Of a stretch of 64,000 bases of DNA, positions 59,308 through 64,000 are shown in pieces. The DNA comes from an uncultured Candidatus Rokubacteria bacterium (GTDB lineage: Bacteria; Methylomirabilota; Methylomirabilia; Rokubacteriales; DASRDR01), in the NCBI GenBank assembly GCA_963826115.1, contig CAWGVS010000005.1, positions 416,001 to 480,000 on the forward strand, in the 5' to 3' direction. The notes under the pieces are model-generated. The model saw nothing but the letters and a program-made list of their open reading frames with translations. It was not told the DNA's origin and ran no database searches. Position 1 is the first letter of the stretch, and each line of letters opens with the position of its first letter. The translations under genes were made by a program, and so were the position numbers.

Positions 59308-60139
59308 TCCGTCCTCCTTCGACCTCGAGGCGCGCCGGCGCCGGCATCAGCGCCGGACCAGTGCGCCGGAACGAATCGACCCAGTGCTCCACCAGGCGCA
59401 CGGTGGCGAATCCCGGCAGGCGCCGGATGGTCTCGTCGACCTTGCGGGCGGCGTCGCGCCCGTCCTCGCCGCCGAAGAGGTAGCCGGCGATGAAGCGCAG
59501 CTCGTCCTTGCCCTGCTCGCCGCTGCCGACCGGCGCCCAGAAGCGGTCCACGATGGCGCGGCTGACCCGCGCGGCGCCGGGCCGCCGGAGCCGCTCCTCG
59601 GCCTGCCGATAGTAGAAGAAGAAGTGTCGGGACTCGTCGAGCATGATGCGCTCGAGCAGGTCCGACAGCACGGGATGCCCGGAGAGCTTGGCGAGCCGCC
59701 GGTACGCCGTGAGCGCCGTCAGCTCGTTGATCGCCCCCCAGGCCATGTGAAGCGCGCAGAAGTCCGGCCAGGCCCGCGAGAGCATGGCGACCGCGCCGGC
59801 CTCGAGGCGTTTCAGGAACGGCTCCTGCCCGCGCGGCCGCGACCGCTCGCCGAGCGGATGCCCGACGGCGTCCAGGAAGCGCGCCAGCGCGAGCCCGTGG
59901 AACGTCTCCTCGTAAACCCAGCAGGCGAGGAACGTCGCGACGTCGGGGTCATCGACCGCCCGGGTCGCGAGGAGCTCCCGGAGGTAGATGATGGTGTGGG
60001 CCTCGATGTCCTGCATGTAGCGCAGCGTCCGGATCGTTTCGGGGGAGATGGGATGCCGGGGGACGTCGGCCCACGGGAACGCAGCGAGGTCCACTGCACG
60101 GGAGCGCGCGACGTAGGCCTCCAGATCAACCGCGCCCAT
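59288..60139 (-). CDS. ferritin-like diiron-carboxylate protein (acyl-ACP desaturase-like)
   Basis: DIE...W.YEETFH...NE......Y...DESRH diiron ligand pattern. Confidence 0.8.
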   Translation of the reverse strand: MGAVDLEAYVARSRAVDLAAFPWADVPRHPISPETIRTLRYMQDIEAHTIIYLRELLATRAVDDPDVATFLACWVYEETFHGLALARFLDAVGHPLGERSRPRGQEPFLKRLEAGAVAMLSRAWPDFCALHMAWGAINELTALTAYRRLAKLSGHPVLSDLLERIMLDESRHFFFYYRQAEERLRRPGAARVSRAIVDRFWAPVGSGEQGKDELRFIAGYLFGGEDGRDAARKVDETIRRLPGFATVRLVEHWVDSFRRTGPALMPAPARLEVEGGRNGDGHR

Positions 60140-60409
60140 GGCCCGGCCAAAGCCTACAACGATCTGCCCGCGGGGGGCAAAGGGGTGCTCCGCCCATCTC
60201 ACCCCGCTCTACGCGCGTGGCCTGGCGGCCGGATGGCCGGGCAAGGCCTGCCGGCCGGGTCGCTCGCGGGGTCGTCGTCGCCGGCCCGCGCGCTCCCGCC
60301 GCCGGCTTGTGCCCGGCCCGGGCCTGGTTTACGCTCGGCCCACGTTGTCGAGCGATCTCCCGCCAAGAGACAGGGTGACAAACCCTCGCCGAACAAGGAG
60401 GTAGGACCC

Positions 60410-61942
60410 ATGCGCATCTCCCGACTGGTCCTCGCACTCACGCTGATCGCCGCGCTGGCGCTCGTCGGCCTGGCGGTGATCGGGCCTAAGGCCTCGGCCC
60501 AGGGGAAGGTGATCCGCTTCGGCGTGAACCGGGGAGCCGAGAACCTCGACCCCGTCACGCAGGACGCGAACCCCGACATCTGGGCCTTCATGCAGATCTA
60601 CCAGCAGCTGGTGAAGGTCAACGTCAAGGGCGACGGGTTCGAGCCCGACCTGGCCGAGAAGTGGTCGACCTCTGCCGACGGCCGGACGTGGACGTTCAAC
60701 CTCCGGAAGAACGCCAAGTTCTCCAACGGCGACACGGTCAAGGCCTCCGACGCGGTGTGGTCCCTGAAGCGCGCCCGGGACACCAAGGGGCCGTGGAAGT
60801 GGGCCCTCGAGGCGGTCGAGGACATCCAGGCCAAGGACGACTTCACGGTGGTCATCAGCCTGAAGGAGCCGTGGGCCCCGTTCCTGGCCGACATCTCGCT
60901 CTTCTCGAACAGCATCATGCCGGAGAAGGTCTTCAAGGGCGCGAAGGACGAGGACATCTCGAACAAGCCCGTCGGCTCCGGCCCCTGGATGCTCGTGGAC
61001 TGGAAGAAGGGCGAGGAGCTCGTCATGAAGGCGAACCCCCACTACTACGAGAAGGGGTTCCCCAAGAGCCAGGAGCTCCGCCTCCGGTACATCCCGGACG
61101 ACAACAGCCGGATCATCGCGCTGCAGTCCGGGGACGTCGACGGCATCGACTATCCGCCGTTCTCCCGGATGCAGGAGCTCCGGAAGGACGCCAAGCTGGA
61201 GGCGCAGCTCAACCCGTCCACCCAGGTGTCGCACCTCTCGCTCAACATCCGCGAGGCGCCTCTCAACAACGTGAAGTTCCGGCAGGCGCTTGCCTACGCG
61301 ACCGACCGCGCGTCCATCGTCAAGGCGGTCTGCTTCGGCCACTGCACGCCGGCGACGACCTTCCTGCCGATGACGACCCCGATGTTCAACAAGGGGTCCA
61401 AGGGCTACGCCTACGACCTGAACAAGGCCAAGCAGCTGCTGAAGGAATCGGGCGTCGCCACGCCGCTCACGCTCAAGATCCTCTACCGCGCGAACGACGC
61501 CGTGCACCAGCCGACGGCGGTGGCCCTGAAGGAGATGTGGGGCAAGCTCGGCGTGACGCTCGAGCTCGAGCCGCTCGACCGCGCCGCCGCCACCCAGCGG
61601 TACCGCGCGAACCAGTTCCAGGTCTACATCACGAGCTGGACCAACGACATTCCCGATCCGTCCCAGCTCGCCTCCTACGCGCTGGGCTTCACCGAGAGCC
61701 AGTCGTACCACAGTGGCTACCAGTCGGCGGAGATGGATGGGCTCCTGGCCAAGGGGCTGCGAGAGGTGAATGCCGACAAGCGCCGCCAGATCTACTACGA
61801 GATCCAGGAGCTGGCGCTGAAGGACTCGCCGCTCATCATCCTCTACTACTCGCCGTACACCATCGCCATCAACAAGAAGATGAAGGGATTCGTCCAGCTG
61901 GCCACCGGTCCCTGGATCTTCAGGAACGTGACCGTGGAGTAA
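60410..61942 (+). CDS. ABC transporter substrate-binding protein (family 5, Dpp/Opp)
   Basis: Signal peptide; LDP, PDLAEKW, LRKNAKFSNG and PVGSGPW; AAGGAGGT RBS. Confidence 0.93.
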   Translation: MRISRLVLALTLIAALALVGLAVIGPKASAQGKVIRFGVNRGAENLDPVTQDANPDIWAFMQIYQQLVKVNVKGDGFEPDLAEKWSTSADGRTWTFNLRKNAKFSNGDTVKASDAVWSLKRARDTKGPWKWALEAVEDIQAKDDFTVVISLKEPWAPFLADISLFSNSIMPEKVFKGAKDEDISNKPVGSGPWMLVDWKKGEELVMKANPHYYEKGFPKSQELRLRYIPDDNSRIIALQSGDVDGIDYPPFSRMQELRKDAKLEAQLNPSTQVSHLSLNIREAPLNNVKFRQALAYATDRASIVKAVCFGHCTPATTFLPMTTPMFNKGSKGYAYDLNKAKQLLKESGVATPLTLKILYRANDAVHQPTAVALKEMWGKLGVTLELEPLDRAAATQRYRANQFQVYITSWTNDIPDPSQLASYALGFTESQSYHSGYQSAEMDGLLAKGLREVNADKRRQIYYEIQELALKDSPLIILYYSPYTIAINKKMKGFVQLATGPWIFRNVTVE

Positions 61943-61961
61943 GCGCGGACAGCACCGCACC

Positions 61962-62903
61962 GTGCCCCTGCTGCGCTACGCGCTTCGGCGCATCGGGCAG
62001 ACGCTGCCCGTGGCGCTCCTGGTCACGGTCCTGATCTTCTTCCTGATCAAGCTGATCCCCGGGGATCCCGCGACGGCGATCCTCGGGGAGCGCGCGAGCG
62101 ACGCGGCGGTCCAGGCCCTACGGACGCAGTGGGGCCTGGACCGGCCGCTTCCGGTGCAGTACGCGGTCTACATGCGGAACCTCCTGACCGGGGATTTGGG
62201 GCAATCGCTCCGGTATCGGACGCCCGTCATCGACCTGCTCCCTCGCCGGGCGATGGTGACGTTCTTCCTGATCGTCTACAGCACGCTCCTCTCGCTGGTC
62301 ATCGCGGTGCCCCTGGCGATCGCGGCGGCCACGCGCCGGGACCGCTGGCCGGACCAGCTGGTCCGGGGCCTCATCACGATTCCCCTCGCGTCGCCCGTGT
62401 TCTGGATCGGCATCCTGCTGCTCATCCTGTTCTCCCTGACCCTGGGGTGGTTCCCCGCGTCGGGATACGGCGAGGGATTCGTGGGCCACCTGCGGCACCT
62501 CTTCCTGCCGGCCCTGACGCTCTCCGGCTTCTTCACGGCCGTGGTCACCCGGAATCTCCGCTCGGCGCTGATCGACGTGCAGACCACCGCGTACATCGAC
62601 TTCGCCCGCGCGAAGGGGCTCGACCGGCGCAGCGTGTTGTTTCACCACGTCCTGCGTGCGGCCCTCCTGCCGATCGTGACGCTGATTGGCGTGCGGCTGT
62701 CCTACGCCATCGGCGGCTCGGTCGTCGTGGAGACGGTCTTCGCGCTCCCGGGCCTGGGGTCGTGGATGATCGAGTCGATCTTTGCCCGCGACTACATGGT
62801 CGTTCAGACCCTGACCGTGGCGTTCGCGTTCGGCGTGATGCTGATCAATCTCGCCACCGACCTGATCTACCCGCTGTTCGACCCGCGCGTCCGGATCGGG
62901 TGA
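61962..62903 (+). CDS. peptide ABC transporter permease (DppB-like)
   Basis: PGDPA, GDLGQS, ARAKGL, VETVFALPGLG and RDY. Confidence 0.93.
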   Translation: MPLLRYALRRIGQTLPVALLVTVLIFFLIKLIPGDPATAILGERASDAAVQALRTQWGLDRPLPVQYAVYMRNLLTGDLGQSLRYRTPVIDLLPRRAMVTFFLIVYSTLLSLVIAVPLAIAAATRRDRWPDQLVRGLITIPLASPVFWIGILLLILFSLTLGWFPASGYGEGFVGHLRHLFLPALTLSGFFTAVVTRNLRSALIDVQTTAYIDFARAKGLDRRSVLFHHVLRAALLPIVTLIGVRLSYAIGGSVVVETVFALPGLGSWMIESIFARDYMVVQTLTVAFAFGVMLINLATDLIYPLFDPRVRIG

Positions 62904-63754
62904 TGAACGCCGTTGCCGCCGACCTCGCAGGCGCGACACGGGTCCGGCCGCGGCTCCATCGCGGCCTGACGATCGGCGGGACGATGCTGTTGCTCCTGGT
63001 GGCGGTGTCCGTCATCGGACCGCGGGTGAGCCCGTACCACCCCTTCGAGCACGACTTCGACCAGCTCCTGCAGGCGCCGAGCGCCGCGCACCCCTTTGGC
63101 ACCGACAATTTCGGCCGGGACGTGCTCACCCGCGTGCTGGTCGGCGGGGCCATCGTCCTGCGGATCGGCGTCCTCGCCACCCTGTTCCCCTTCGTGTTCG
63201 GGTCGCTGCTGGGCGCGGCCGCGGGCTACTACGGGGGCTGGGTGGACAGCGTCCTCATGCGGACCGTGGACGTGGTGACGGCCATTCCCTTCTTCGTGCT
63301 GGTCGTCGCGATCCTGGCCTTCCTGGGCCCGGGCGAGTTCAACATCTTCGTCGCGATCGGGGCGACCCAGTGGGTCTACTACTCCCGGCTCGTGCGGGGC
63401 GAGGTGCTGCGGGAGCGGAGCCTCGACTACGTCGCGGCCGGGCGCGCGCTCGGCTATCCGCGCCGGCGCATCCTGCTGGGGCACATCCTTCCCAATGCGC
63501 TGCCGCCGGCCATCATCTTCCTGACGTCGGACGTCGTCCTGATCATCCTGACGACGGCGTCGCTCGGTTTCCTGGGGCTAGGCGTGAGGCCGCCGGCCCC
63601 GGAGTGGGGAATGATGATGTCCGAGGGGCGGGAGTTCCTCAGCACCGGCTGGTGGGTGGCCACCATGCCCGGGTTCGCGTGCCTGTACGCCGGCCTGGCC
63701 TTCATCCTCCTGGGGGACGGCGTGGCCGATCTGCTCCGCGTCAAGGGACAGTGA
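62903..63754 (+). CDS. peptide ABC transporter permease (DppC-like)
   Basis: HPFGTDNFGRDV, HILPN and LGFLGLG...PEWG. Confidence 0.93.
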   Translation: MNAVAADLAGATRVRPRLHRGLTIGGTMLLLLVAVSVIGPRVSPYHPFEHDFDQLLQAPSAAHPFGTDNFGRDVLTRVLVGGAIVLRIGVLATLFPFVFGSLLGAAAGYYGGWVDSVLMRTVDVVTAIPFFVLVVAILAFLGPGEFNIFVAIGATQWVYYSRLVRGEVLRERSLDYVAAGRALGYPRRRILLGHILPNALPPAIIFLTSDVVLIILTTASLGFLGLGVRPPAPEWGMMMSEGREFLSTGWWVATMPGFACLYAGLAFILLGDGVADLLRVKGQ

Positions 63755-64000
63755 GCAGGCCCGAGCTGCTGAGGGCGACCGGGCAGCGCGCGGTAACCGA
63801 GCCCCTCCTGGCCGTCGAGGGCCTCCGGGTCGAGATTCCCACGCGGCGGGGGATCGTGCGGGCGGTCCGCGGCGTCAGCTTCGGGGTGCGGCCCGGAGAG
63901 ACGTTCGCGCTGGTGGGGGAGTCCGGCTCGGGCAAGACCATGACCTGCCGCGCGATCGTGCGGCTCGTCCACCCGCCGGGGCGCATCACCGCCGGCCGCG
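63751..64000 (+). CDS. peptide ABC transporter ATP-binding protein (DppD-like), 3'-truncated
   Basis: LLAVEGL, AVRGVSF and LVGESGSGKT. Confidence 0.9.
   Translation, partial: MSRPELLRATGQRAVTEPLLAVEGLRVEIPTRRGIVRAVRGVSFGVRPGETFALVGESGSGKTMTCRAIVRLVHPPGRITAGR

Noticed and set aside
60140-60409. c-di-GMP (GEMM) riboswitch suggested by GGCAAA/CAAAGCC words
   Set aside because: Motif order and stems do not fit; the region is better explained as a divergent promoter

Overview
Very GC-rich chromosomal segment of a diderm bacterium. Gene content and order resemble Methylomirabilota/Rokubacteria-like or deltaproteobacteria-like soil lineages (inference). No integrase, transposase, phage or CRISPR array was seen. 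Layout: (1) 1-21 kb, a patchwork of single metabolic genes: murB with an extra N-terminal domain, a Ddl-like ATP-grasp enzyme, M20 peptidase, phosphotriesterase-like hydrolase, class III aminotransferase, cyclase, PhyH dioxygenase, hemH and an AHL-lactonase-like MBL; (2) 21.4-31.1 kb, a cobamide uptake/salvage operon (cobU cobT btuF btuC btuD btuB cbiZ cbiB tonB) with two cobalamin riboswitches; (3) 31-44 kb, a housekeeping block: argS, SPOR protein, hpt, ftsH (frameshifted), folP, cdaA, cdaR, glmM, two inserted exported proteins, acpS, nnr, tsaE, radC; (4) an atypical pyrD and tRNA-Val(CAC); (5) a CoA ligase / AbfD-HpaB-like / tandem DUF2889-like operon; (6) a four-gene operon with a ferritin-like diiron protein followed by a three-part PlsA/PlsR(Ger)-like system, the best candidate for a novel system (possible ether-lipid synthesis); (7) a peptide-type ABC transporter running off the end. 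Non-coding highlights: many TANNNT-7nt-start (leaderless) promoters, a sigma-54 promoter before radC, a probable riboswitch-controlled uORF coupled to cobU, and a REP-like palindrome over the cbiZ start. All family calls come from motif recognition by eye, not from database searches.
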